This document shows positions 29,272 through 36,895 of a DNA stretch of 40,297 nt, piece by piece (position 1 is the stretch's first letter; the number at the start of each line of letters is the position of its first letter). The notes beneath the pieces are model-generated. The model searched no databases and was not told the origin of the DNA. It saw only the letters and a program-made list of their open reading frames with translations. The translations under genes were made by a program, and so were the position numbers. Source of the DNA: Bacteroidota bacterium (GTDB taxonomy: Bacteria > Bacteroidota > Bacteroidia > AKYH767-A > OLB10); contig JANOBN010000398.1 in NCBI GenBank assembly GCA_031411675.1, forward strand, positions 1 to 40,297, written 5' to 3'.

Positions 29272-30636
29272 ATGAAGCATAAAATCACATTATTATTGTT
29301 GCTTGCAGCCATTTGTTGCAGAGCCCAAACCAACGATACAGCAATTATAAGTGCTATATATAAAGAAGCACTTATCCAAAACCAGGCGTATAAATGGCTG
29401 GAACAACTTTGTACCATTGCACCTAAGCGATTGAGTGGTTCTGCAGGTGCAGAAAAAGCAGTGGACCTTGTGTTCAATCAATTGCAATCGATTAAAAACA
29501 TTAGTGTTTATAAACAGGATGTACTGGTGCCGCATTGGGTAAGCGGAGACAAAGAAACAGCATATATAGAATCAGGAAAAGATAAAACACCACTTTCCGT
29601 TTGTGCTTTAGGAAGAAGCATTGGCACTAGTGCTGCAGGATTAAAAGGAAACATTATTGAAGTAAAGGATTTTGATGAATTAGATAAGTTGGGGGAAAAA
29701 GTAAAAGGGAAAATCGTTTTTTATAATCATGCAATGAATCCCGAATATTATAATACATTCAGAGCTTATGGAGAAGCGGTACGATATAGATGGGCTGGTG
29801 CAAACCGGGCATCAAAATATGGAGCCATTGGTGTAGTAGTGCGTTCCGTTACACTGGCGCTGGATGATTTTCCACATACGGGCAGCATGGCGAATTATGA
29901 TTCTGTTCCACCAATACCTGCTTGTGCAATAAGTACTATAGGAGCACAAAAACTGAGTGATGCCATTGCAAAAAATAAGAACCTTCAGTTTTACTATAAA
30001 GCATCCTGTAAAACATTGCCGGATGCACCATCACATAATGTAATCGGAGAAATTAAAGGCAGTGAATTTCCGGAAGAGATTATTATTGTTGGCGGGCATC
30101 TGGATGCATGGGAGACCGGTGATGGTGCACATGACGATGGTGCAGGTGTGGTACAATCGATGGATGTTTTACGATTGTTTAAAGCATTAAATATTCAACC
30201 TAAAAGAACGATACGTTGTGTAGCTTTTATGAATGAAGAGAATGGTGGAAAGGGTGGAGAAAAATATGCTGATGTAAGCAAAGAGAAAAAAGAAAATCAC
30301 ATTGCAGCGATTGAAAGTGATGGTGGCGGAGCAACGCCAAGAGGCTTTTCATTTAAAGGAGACTCTGCAGTTGTGGAAAGATTAATGAAATGGAAAGAGT
30401 TATTAAATCCATATGGAGCAGGTGACTGGATAAAGGGATATGGTGGTGCAGACATCGATCATCTGGAAGATCAGGGCACTTTACTAATAGGATTAATGCC
30501 GGATTCACAACGTTATTTTGATTATCATCATGCAGCTAGTGATACATTTGACAAAGCAAATAAACGAGAATTGGAATTAGGTGCAGCATCTATGGCAGCG
30601 TTGGTTTATTTATTGAGTGAGTACGGCGTAAAGTAA
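29272..30636 (+). CDS. M28-family metallo-aminopeptidase (with PA-like insert)
   Basis: Signal peptide MKHKITLLLLLAAICCRAQ starts from ATG 29272 (listed TTG 29251). The zinc-ligand region is GGHLDAWETGDGAHDDGAG, followed by FMNEENGG and a later DYHH. Confidence 0.8.
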   Translation: MKHKITLLLLLAAICCRAQTNDTAIISAIYKEALIQNQAYKWLEQLCTIAPKRLSGSAGAEKAVDLVFNQLQSIKNISVYKQDVLVPHWVSGDKETAYIESGKDKTPLSVCALGRSIGTSAAGLKGNIIEVKDFDELDKLGEKVKGKIVFYNHAMNPEYYNTFRAYGEAVRYRWAGANRASKYGAIGVVVRSVTLALDDFPHTGSMANYDSVPPIPACAISTIGAQKLSDAIAKNKNLQFYYKASCKTLPDAPSHNVIGEIKGSEFPEEIIIVGGHLDAWETGDGAHDDGAGVVQSMDVLRLFKALNIQPKRTIRCVAFMNEENGGKGGEKYADVSKEKKENHIAAIESDGGGATPRGFSFKGDSAVVERLMKWKELLNPYGAGDWIKGYGGADIDHLEDQGTLLIGLMPDSQRYFDYHHAASDTFDKANKRELELGAASMAALVYLLSEYGVK

Positions 30637-30660
30637 AATTGCCTAGGTTGTTTTTGTAAG

Positions 30661-30966
30661 GCACCGGAATAAATTCCGGTGATATTAATTTCCTCACCTG
30701 TATTGTCATCCAGATCCGCCAGCTGGCGGAGAAGGAACTTTGCTTTGAGCGATGTTGTTCCATAGCAAAATCATTTCGGAGAATGTGGCTGCTAAGATTG
30801 GACATTGCGTCTGCCGTATAGATTCCTCGTACCTCGGAAAGACAAACAATGGGAGAAGGAACTTTGCTTTGAGAAATGTTGTTCTTTACCTAGATCATTC
30901 CGGATAATGTTGCGGCAAAGAGTGAACATTTCGTCAGGCACAGGAATAAATTCAAGCACTATGGAG
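30661..30966 (-). repeat. ~305-bp composite MITE-like repeat (copy B), inverted relative to copy A at 5080-5384
   Basis: The reverse complement aligns module by module with 5080-5384. For example, GGAACAACATCGCTCAAAGCAAAGTTCCTTCTCCGCCAGCTGGCGGATCTGGATGACAATA matches 5278-5338 with 5 mismatches in 61. There is a 7-bp TACGAGG indel. The terminal hairpin 30662-30681 lies 26 nt after the peptidase stop. Confidence 0.85.
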
Positions 30967-31184
30967 TTTTGTTATTAAGGAGCATTAAAATTCGTTGAAT
31001 TCAAAATCAACACCTTAAAAATGCAGATATAAATCGTAATAACCGTATGCTCTTCACAGGTTAATACCAAAGATCTCATTATATGCCGGTTATTTATTTA
31101 GCTTTTAATAAAATTATTTAAACTATCTTCGGGCTAAGAAACGTAGTATTAATAACAATCTTAGTTCAACAATTCCTCGCATTT

Positions 31185-31760
31185 ATGCCTTCAAATATTT
31201 TGTTTGTCAAGAATATGGTTTGCAATCGCTGTGTGATGGCGGTTGAGGATATTTTGAATAGTGCAGCCATATCATACAGTAAAGTTCTTTTTGGGGAGAT
31301 TCATTTAAAGAATGAATTATCTGATAAGGAAATGGAAATCTTAATCAGCGCGTTGGGAAAAATAGGATTTGAGTTAATTGATAACAGGATGAGCGGTGTT
31401 ATTGAGAAAATCAAGCAGCTTGTAATTAAAAGAGCGAGGAATGAAGTGAAGGATAATGAGAAAAAAACTAAACTTTCCGATTATCTTTCTTCAAATTTGC
31501 ATTATGAGTACACTCATTTAAGCTCTTTATTTTCTTCAGTGGAAGGGCGCACTATTGAGAATTATTTTATTGAACAGCGCATTGAGAAAGCCAAGGAATT
31601 GCTGAAATATGATCAACTGTCTTTAAATGAGATTGCTTTTGAACTCGAATACAGCAGTACAGCACACCTCTCAGCGCAGTTTAAAAAAATTACGGGACTA
31701 ACACCATCTGCTTTTAAAAATATAGGCGCAGAAGCGCGTAAATCGCTCGATAAGGTTTAA
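31185..31760 (+). CDS. AraC/XylS-family transcriptional regulator with N-terminal heavy-metal-associated (HMA) domain
   Basis: The N-terminal ~65 aa look like a beta-alpha-beta-beta-alpha-beta fold carrying the canonical M-x-C-x-x-C motif (MVCNRC, 31214-31231). The C-terminal AraC HTH is LSLNEIAFELEYSSTAHLSAQFKKITGLTPSAFK. Confidence 0.85.
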   Translation: MPSNILFVKNMVCNRCVMAVEDILNSAAISYSKVLFGEIHLKNELSDKEMEILISALGKIGFELIDNRMSGVIEKIKQLVIKRARNEVKDNEKKTKLSDYLSSNLHYEYTHLSSLFSSVEGRTIENYFIEQRIEKAKELLKYDQLSLNEIAFELEYSSTAHLSAQFKKITGLTPSAFKNIGAEARKSLDKV

Positions 31761-31826
31761 CCCAAAGTACTATAAACTTAACCCAAAGTTATATAACGCC
31801 TGCGGCAGGCGTGTGGAATACTTTTG
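31761..31826 (+). promoter_or_regulatory. operator + promoter 1: two CCCAAAGTWWTATAAC direct repeats 21 bp apart, then TACTTTTG -7 box
   Basis: The repeats are cccaaagtactataaac (31761) and cccaaagttatataacg (31782). GTGTGGA follows, then TACTTTTG at 31819-31826. The ATG lies 32 nt downstream at 31859. Confidence 0.7.
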
Positions 31827-31858
31827 TGCCATCAAAAAACATAAAAAAATCACGAAAA

Positions 31859-32647
31859 ATGAAAAAGCTTATTCCACTATTATTTATTCTATCATTCACA
31901 GCTTGTACTAAAGAAGAGTTTGACGTAAACCGTACTAAAGAATTCTCTATTCACTCCGTATCAACAGGAGCTACCTATCAAATTAAAGTTGGCTTACCGG
32001 AAAACTATTCTTCCGATAAAAAATATGCTACAGTATATGTTTTAGACGGAGAGGAGAACTTTGATTTCGTAGCTAAGAAGTGTAAAAAAATAAGTGATGA
32101 TAATTCGATGCAAAATGTACTTGTAATAAGTATCGGTTATGGTAACGATAGAATTCGGGATTATACTCCGACTGTAGCTGATGAAGGAGAAGGCGGAGCT
32201 TCAAAGTTTATGGAATTTATTAAAGGAGAATTAATACCCAAAATAGATAGTGATTTTTATGCTGATACATTAAGAAGTAGCAGAGTTATACTGGGCCATT
32301 CATTTGGGGGTTTACTGGGGGCTTATGCTTTCACCAATTATAATTACGTATTTGGAAATTATATTCTGCTAAGTCCTTCCATATGGTATGATAATGAAGT
32401 AATGCTGCGATTTGAGCAGGAGAATAGAACTTTAAATAATAAAAATCAACAATTAGTCTTTATGGGGATTGGAGAATTAGAAAACGCCGGCAGAATGCAG
32501 GCTCCATTTGAAGCGTTTTATCAGCGGTTATTAAACAATTATACCGGCATTAAAATTTCGAAACACATCGTGCCACATCTTGATCACATGGGCTCAAAAA
32601 ATGAAAGCATTGAAGTTGGATTAAAATTTTATTTTCAGAATAAATAA
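31859..32647 (+). CDS. lipoprotein alpha/beta-hydrolase, putative esterase (IroE/BesA-like esterase family)
   Basis: Lipobox LSFTAC from ATG 31859; the listed GTG 31811 lies inside the promoter. YVLDGEENFDF and the nucleophile elbow GHSFGGL are typical of the 'putative esterase' PF00756-type fold. Confidence 0.75.
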   Translation: MKKLIPLLFILSFTACTKEEFDVNRTKEFSIHSVSTGATYQIKVGLPENYSSDKKYATVYVLDGEENFDFVAKKCKKISDDNSMQNVLVISIGYGNDRIRDYTPTVADEGEGGASKFMEFIKGELIPKIDSDFYADTLRSSRVILGHSFGGLLGAYAFTNYNYVFGNYILLSPSIWYDNEVMLRFEQENRTLNNKNQQLVFMGIGELENAGRMQAPFEAFYQRLLNNYTGIKISKHIVPHLDHMGSKNESIEVGLKFYFQNK

Positions 32648-32688
32648 TCACATATAAATAAACACACCTCCACAAATAATAAAACAAA

Positions 32689-33303
32689 ATGAAAAACTAT
32701 AAGTATTTAATCACCATTCTTTTTATTTTACATTTTACTATAAGTAATGCTCAATCTGATTCAACGATTTCAGTGAGCAAAAAATACCCGGCACGAAAGC
32801 TGACTATTCAACCGGCAATAGGTTTGCATCCGGCATTCTTCTCTGATGTAGTACTGTCAAATTTGATACAGTGGAAGGTAAATAGGCATTTGAGTTTCGC
32901 TTCACACACATCTTATGACATCAATGATGTTTCTATGCGCAATTTCAATTATATAAAGACGAACTATAACTTCTCGTTCAATCAAAAATTTGGTGTAGGA
33001 ACTACCGTGTATAGGCAACAAACCTCACATTCCTTCTTCCTTATGGGCGGCGTAAAATATGATGCTTTTAAGCAGACACTTAATAATCCGGAATTTGAAA
33101 AAGTAGCTGTTAGCGTTAGCTCACTGAGTCCTGATTACGGAGTTTTTTACAATTTAAAGGCCGGCAAGAAGAAATATTTTTTCAGCTTCAGTATGTACGT
33201 GCCGATTTATCCTTATCCGACAAATGGATTTGACATTAATTCTATACAAGCAAACATGGCTAATTTCTCCTTAGAAATGGGAATAGGCATCAGGCTTAAA
33301 TAA
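32689..33303 (+). CDS. hypothetical secreted protein, probable small outer-membrane beta-barrel
   Basis: Signal peptide (ILFILHFTISNAQ), an alternating hydrophobic pattern and aromatic-rich strands. I recognise no family. It is probably co-transcribed with the esterase. Confidence 0.55.
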   Translation: MKNYKYLITILFILHFTISNAQSDSTISVSKKYPARKLTIQPAIGLHPAFFSDVVLSNLIQWKVNRHLSFASHTSYDINDVSMRNFNYIKTNYNFSFNQKFGVGTTVYRQQTSHSFFLMGGVKYDAFKQTLNNPEFEKVAVSVSSLSPDYGVFYNLKAGKKKYFFSFSMYVPIYPYPTNGFDINSIQANMANFSLEMGIGIRLK

Positions 33304-33324
33304 AGCTGAGTATTTTATGAATTG

Positions 33325-33351
33325 AAACGCTCGGAAACGGGCGTTTTTTTT
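33325..33351 (+). terminator. rho-independent terminator (9-bp stem, GAAA tetraloop, T-run)
   Basis: AAACGCTCG-GAAA-CGGGCGTTT is followed by TTTTT, 22 nt after the stop at 33303. Confidence 0.75.
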
Positions 33352-33391
33352 GTTAAAACAATTTCAATCCTTATACATTCAAAATAATATT

Positions 33392-33457
33392 CCCAAAGAA
33401 ATATAATATAATCCCAAAGTAATATAACGCATTTGGAAGGGTGTGGATGTACTTTTG
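33392..33457 (+). promoter_or_regulatory. operator + promoter 2: same direct-repeat architecture
   Basis: The repeats are cccaaagaaatataata (33392) and cccaaagtaatataacg (33413). GTGTGGA follows, then TACTTTTG at 33450-33457. The ATG lies 27 nt downstream at 33485. Confidence 0.7.
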
Positions 33458-33484
33458 TCCTATCAAATTTTAAATAAATATATT

Positions 33485-33649
33485 ATGAAAACAAAATCAG
33501 AATTGGGCCAAAGTGCTCAGAACATCAGCAGAAAAAACTGCAATTGTGAAATATGTACTTGTGAAACCTGTACATGTGGTACTGCTACAAAAAGCGAAGG
33601 CTGTAATTGTGGCGGTTCCTGCAAGTGTGAAGGCACTTGCATGTGTTAA
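33485..33649 (+). CDS. 54-aa cysteine-rich metallothionein-like peptide (six CxC pairs)
   Basis: The sequence is MKTKSELGQSAQNISRKNCNCEICTCETCTCGTATKSEGCNCGGSCKCEGTCMC. All 12 Cys fall in CxC pairs, forming two clusters of three pairs separated by GTATKSEG. The Cys-rich part has no His or aromatic residues. The gene has its own operator/promoter upstream and a strong terminator downstream. The listed GTG 33443 start lies in the promoter. Confidence 0.7.
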   Translation: MKTKSELGQSAQNISRKNCNCEICTCETCTCGTATKSEGCNCGGSCKCEGTCMC

Positions 33650-33651
33650 GT

Positions 33652-33685
33652 AAAAGAGCCGCTCCGAAAGGGGCGGCTCTTTTTT
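33652..33685 (+). terminator. rho-independent terminator (14-bp stem, GAAA tetraloop, T-run)
   Basis: AAAAGAGCCGCTCC-GAAA-GGGGCGGCTCTTTT plus TT begins 3 nt after the stop. Confidence 0.85.
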
Positions 33686-33756
33686 AAATCTATACAATGG
33701 GGAAACAATATTTTCGGTATTTCCCTTCTAAGAAAACAAAAACATATTCAATAAAA

Positions 33757-34167
33757 ATGAATGCAGCACTAATAGGAATTTCAACCGGTTTACTAGTTAT
33801 ACTGGTTATTGCTTTAATTAAGCAAATAGATAAAAAAATAATTTACGGATTGATCCTTACAGGCATCGGGTTTTTGTATGTGGGATTTACCTGGATGGAT
33901 ATTACAGCAATTTCAATAAACATCATGCAGGCAATATTCTTCTTGTTTCTGGCATACTATGGTATTAAAAGTAACCTGTATTTTATGGCAGCCGGTTATT
34001 TTTTGCATGGCATTTGGGACATTGCTTACGATTTATTTGCAAACTCCAGTTTAATCCCTCCTCATTATGATATGTTTTGCTTATCAATAGATTTTACCAT
34101 GGGGTTATATCTGTTGATCATTCAATATCAAACAAACAAGAAGCTTAAACCAGTGACTGCACGCTAG
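33757..34167 (+). CDS. small integral membrane protein (about 4 TM), unknown function
   Basis: From ATG 33757 (MNAALIGISTGLLVILVIAL...) there are four hydrophobic segments. A conserved-looking YFLHGIWDIAYD / PPHYD His-containing stretch is present. The listed start 33697 adds a basic, non-membrane extension. Confidence 0.55.
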   Translation: MNAALIGISTGLLVILVIALIKQIDKKIIYGLILTGIGFLYVGFTWMDITAISINIMQAIFFLFLAYYGIKSNLYFMAAGYFLHGIWDIAYDLFANSSLIPPHYDMFCLSIDFTMGLYLLIIQYQTNKKLKPVTAR

Positions 34168-34199
34168 TATATTCTTAATGTTTACAGCTTACCCATAAA

Positions 34200-34264
34200 C
34201 CCAATAAAGTATAATCGATTCCCAAAGTATTATAACACGTAAAATAACAGGTAATCTACTTTTG
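34200..34264 (+). promoter_or_regulatory. operator + promoter 3: same direct-repeat architecture
   Basis: The repeats are cccaataaagtataatc (34200, degenerate) and cccaaagtattataaca (34221). TACTTTTG is at 34257-34264. The ATG lies 30 nt downstream at 34295. Confidence 0.65.
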
Positions 34265-34294
34265 TCCCACTCTAAAAAATCAAAAACATAAAAA

Positions 34295-35620
34295 ATGAAA
34301 ACCACATCTAAAATCGTAACTTACAATCTTGAAGCAAGCGCATTTCAATGGGAGATTTCTCCCGGAAAAACCATTGAAGCATGGGGCTTTAATAAACAAA
34401 TTCCGGCTCCGGTTTTAAGAGCACAGGCAGGCGATACACTGGTTGTTCGACTGACTAATAATCTACCTGAAGCAACCATGATACATTGGCATGGAATTCG
34501 TATTCCGGCGGCAATGGATGGTACTTCGGCAGTACAAAAGCCAATTATGCCCGGTGAAGTATTTGAATATCGTTTTGAAGTGCCTGATGCCGGAACATTC
34601 TGGTTTCATTCGCATGCCAACGAAACTATCCAGATGGAAAGAGGAATGTATGGTGCTTTAATTGTTGAAGATGATACCAATCTTGTTACTGATGGAGAAA
34701 GGATATTCATGATTGATGACATGAAGCTGAATGAAAACAATGAGTTTACAAAACCAACCTGGTTTCTGCCACGCGCTATTGAAAGACATGATGGACGCCA
34801 GGGTAATACGCTATTGTTAAACGGGAAAGAAGATTTAGCAATCAATGTGAACGGCGGACAGACAGAAAGATGGCGTTTTATCAACTCGTCCAGTGCACGA
34901 TATTTTGTTTTATACCTTGGTGGTAAGTCATTTAAAACTATTGCATCAGATGGTGGCCTTTTGGAGCATCCTCTAACAGTTACCGAAGCTTTAATAACTC
35001 CCGGAGAACGAATCGACATAGCAATTGATTTTACAGAAGGTGAAACATTTGCAATTGAATCATTGGCTTACGACAGAATGACTTTCTTAAAAGCAAAGCG
35101 GGAGACATTTGCAACTGTAAAGGTGGGAGAGAGTAAACCGTCAAAGGCATACATACCTGAAAGACTAAGAACGATTGAGCCGCTTGCCTCACAGGATGCT
35201 GCCATCACCAGAAAAGTAAAGTTGTCAGTTGACCCAAGAATAAGAGATCAAAAGGACTTTAAAATAAATGATAGCACACATGTAAACGACAAGCCGGTGA
35301 TGGTTGGCGAGCTGCAAATATGGGAAGTGTCGAATACAAGCAGAATGGATCATCCGTTTCATCTTCACGGTTTTTTCTTTCAGGTGATTGAAGAGAATGG
35401 TAAAGCACCGGAATACATGGCATGGAAAGATACCGTTAACTTAAAACCAAAAAGCACCATAAAGATTGCATGGATGCCTGATAACCGCCCGGGCATGTGG
35501 ATGTATCATTGTCATATCATTGAACATCATGCAGCAGGGATGATGGCAAACTTTGAAGTGATTGATGGAAGCCGGCCATATCTTAAGACCGTTGCACATC
35601 CGGAAAATCATTGCAATTAA
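34295..35620 (+). CDS. multicopper oxidase (three-cupredoxin laccase/CueO-like), no evident signal peptide
   Basis: All four copper-ligand motifs are present: HWHGIR, FWFHSHA, HPFHLHG and MYHCHIIEHHAAGMM. The N-terminus MKTTSKIVTYNLEAS runs straight into cupredoxin domain 1. Confidence 0.9.
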   Translation: MKTTSKIVTYNLEASAFQWEISPGKTIEAWGFNKQIPAPVLRAQAGDTLVVRLTNNLPEATMIHWHGIRIPAAMDGTSAVQKPIMPGEVFEYRFEVPDAGTFWFHSHANETIQMERGMYGALIVEDDTNLVTDGERIFMIDDMKLNENNEFTKPTWFLPRAIERHDGRQGNTLLLNGKEDLAINVNGGQTERWRFINSSSARYFVLYLGGKSFKTIASDGGLLEHPLTVTEALITPGERIDIAIDFTEGETFAIESLAYDRMTFLKAKRETFATVKVGESKPSKAYIPERLRTIEPLASQDAAITRKVKLSVDPRIRDQKDFKINDSTHVNDKPVMVGELQIWEVSNTSRMDHPFHLHGFFFQVIEENGKAPEYMAWKDTVNLKPKSTIKIAWMPDNRPGMWMYHCHIIEHHAAGMMANFEVIDGSRPYLKTVAHPENHCN

Positions 35621-36191
35621 ATTGCCTTATAGATTCTAATGGTTATCGTGATTTGGTCCGGAATTTCATTCGTGTGGTATCAGATGCCAAGTATATAAAG
35701 TTGCTTTTGATTAAGACCAAACTGTCTTTTTTAAAGACTCCGGTGGCAGATAGAAAAAGGTAACAGGTTGCGTAAAACTTATGCCATATAAGATTCCAAT
35801 TACATATGCTGCTGTTAAACAGGTGTCTACTGCAAAGATGCGTTAATATATCACCGGATCATAATGGTAATTTCAATCACAATTCCTTCTGGAAAATCGG
35901 GGTAGGTTCTGTCAAGGTAGCGCCGGTCCTAAGGTGACGGGGCGGATTTTCTAAACCTTAAACTAGCCATCTGACTATTTCTTATAAATCAGGTCTGTAC
36001 ATTTTGCCTATTTGCCTCAAAAAAGTTTCAAAATATTAAAAAATAGCAATAAAATATAGGAAACCGATTATTAAATTTAATAAAAAATCCCCCCTTAACA
36101 TGGGGTAACATTCCCTTGAAATAATCAATTTATTTGTTGATTCAGTAGCCTATTTATTATTCATTGTTTAATTTAATCTTAACTTTACTTC

Positions 36192-36824
36192 ATGATACGC
36201 GTTTTAATTTTTGAAGATAATCCTGATTTCATTGATAGTATTACCGAATTACTGAGCAATGCAGACGGTATGGAATTGGGTGGTGTATATAACAACTGTA
36301 AGAACGTAAACCAAATTGTAACACACCATCAACCTGACGTGGTGCTAATGGATATTGACATGCCTGTAGAGAATGGTCTTCAGGGCTTGCGAAGTCTGAG
36401 GGCAGCCGGTAATGAGGTGAACGTTTTAATGCTTACTGTTTTTGATGACAACGACCGTGTTTTTCAGGCGATTTGCCAGGGTGCTTCAGGTTATTTATTA
36501 AAAAGAACGCCACCCGAAAAAATAATTGAAGCTATTCGCGAAGCACATACCGGTGGGGCACCCATGACTCCATCTGTTGCCAAACAAGTGCTGAAATTAT
36601 TTTCCAAACCATTTCAAAAATCAGCAGAGTTGCAATCGCTTACTCCTCGTGAACACGATGTGCTATCGTTTTTGGTGCGCGGTTACAGTTATAAAATGGC
36701 TGCCGGAGAAATGAACGTAGGAGTAGAAACATTACGTTATCACATTAAAAATATATACAGCAAGCTACACGTAAATTCAAAGAGTGAGGCGGTGGCAAAA
36801 GCAATACAGAATAAGATAATTTAA
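36192..36824 (+). CDS. NarL/FixJ (LuxR-type) response regulator
   Basis: The REC domain has acidic FEDN and phospho-acceptor VVLMDIDMP. The LuxR HTH is LTPREHDVLSFLVRGYSYKMAAGEMNVGVETLRYHIKNIYSKLHV. Confidence 0.9.
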   Translation: MIRVLIFEDNPDFIDSITELLSNADGMELGGVYNNCKNVNQIVTHHQPDVVLMDIDMPVENGLQGLRSLRAAGNEVNVLMLTVFDDNDRVFQAICQGASGYLLKRTPPEKIIEAIREAHTGGAPMTPSVAKQVLKLFSKPFQKSAELQSLTPREHDVLSFLVRGYSYKMAAGEMNVGVETLRYHIKNIYSKLHVNSKSEAVAKAIQNKII

Positions 36825-36895
36825 TATTTTTAATCTGCTTTTAAAATATGTTTCCTCAAAACCCACTTTGATTCTTAAGTATTTATCCTTTTTCT

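Noticed and set aside
5080-30966. Composite transposon or genomic island bounded by the inverted repeats.
   Set aside because: No transposase, integrase or tRNA lies at either boundary. The interval includes housekeeping genes (scpA, a pfkB-type kinase). The repeats look like members of a dispersed non-autonomous family. I kept only the weaker inversion-substrate idea as a finding.
31811-31858. Upstream GTG/TTG extensions of listed ORFs. Examples are 31811 for the esterase, 33443 for the Cys-rich peptide, 33697 for the membrane protein, 36926 for the Kelch protein, 29251 for the peptidase, and 14045, 18772, 6403 and 6375.
   Set aside because: The extensions run through promoter or operator sequence or the preceding gene, and they place extra residues ahead of obvious signal peptides. 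Internal ATGs give canonical N-termini. The 36926 start does have an AGGAGG 8 nt upstream, but Shine-Dalgarno use is atypical here and the signal peptide begins at 36986.
34606-35019. 137-aa minus-strand ORF.
   Set aside because: It lies fully inside the multicopper oxidase gene, which has all four copper motifs. It has no motifs of its own.
35711-35736. Possible terminator (AAGAC-N6-GTCTT plus T-run) about 95 nt after the MCO stop.
   Set aside because: The stem is only 5 bp with mixed A/T content. It is too weak to list as a feature.
35895-35950. Riboswitch call (a cyclic-di-GMP-I-like GGTAGG / CCGG.CCTAA resemblance was considered).
   Set aside because: The order and spacing of the conserved elements do not match GEMM-I or any other family I can recall. 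It cannot be called without a covariance-model search.
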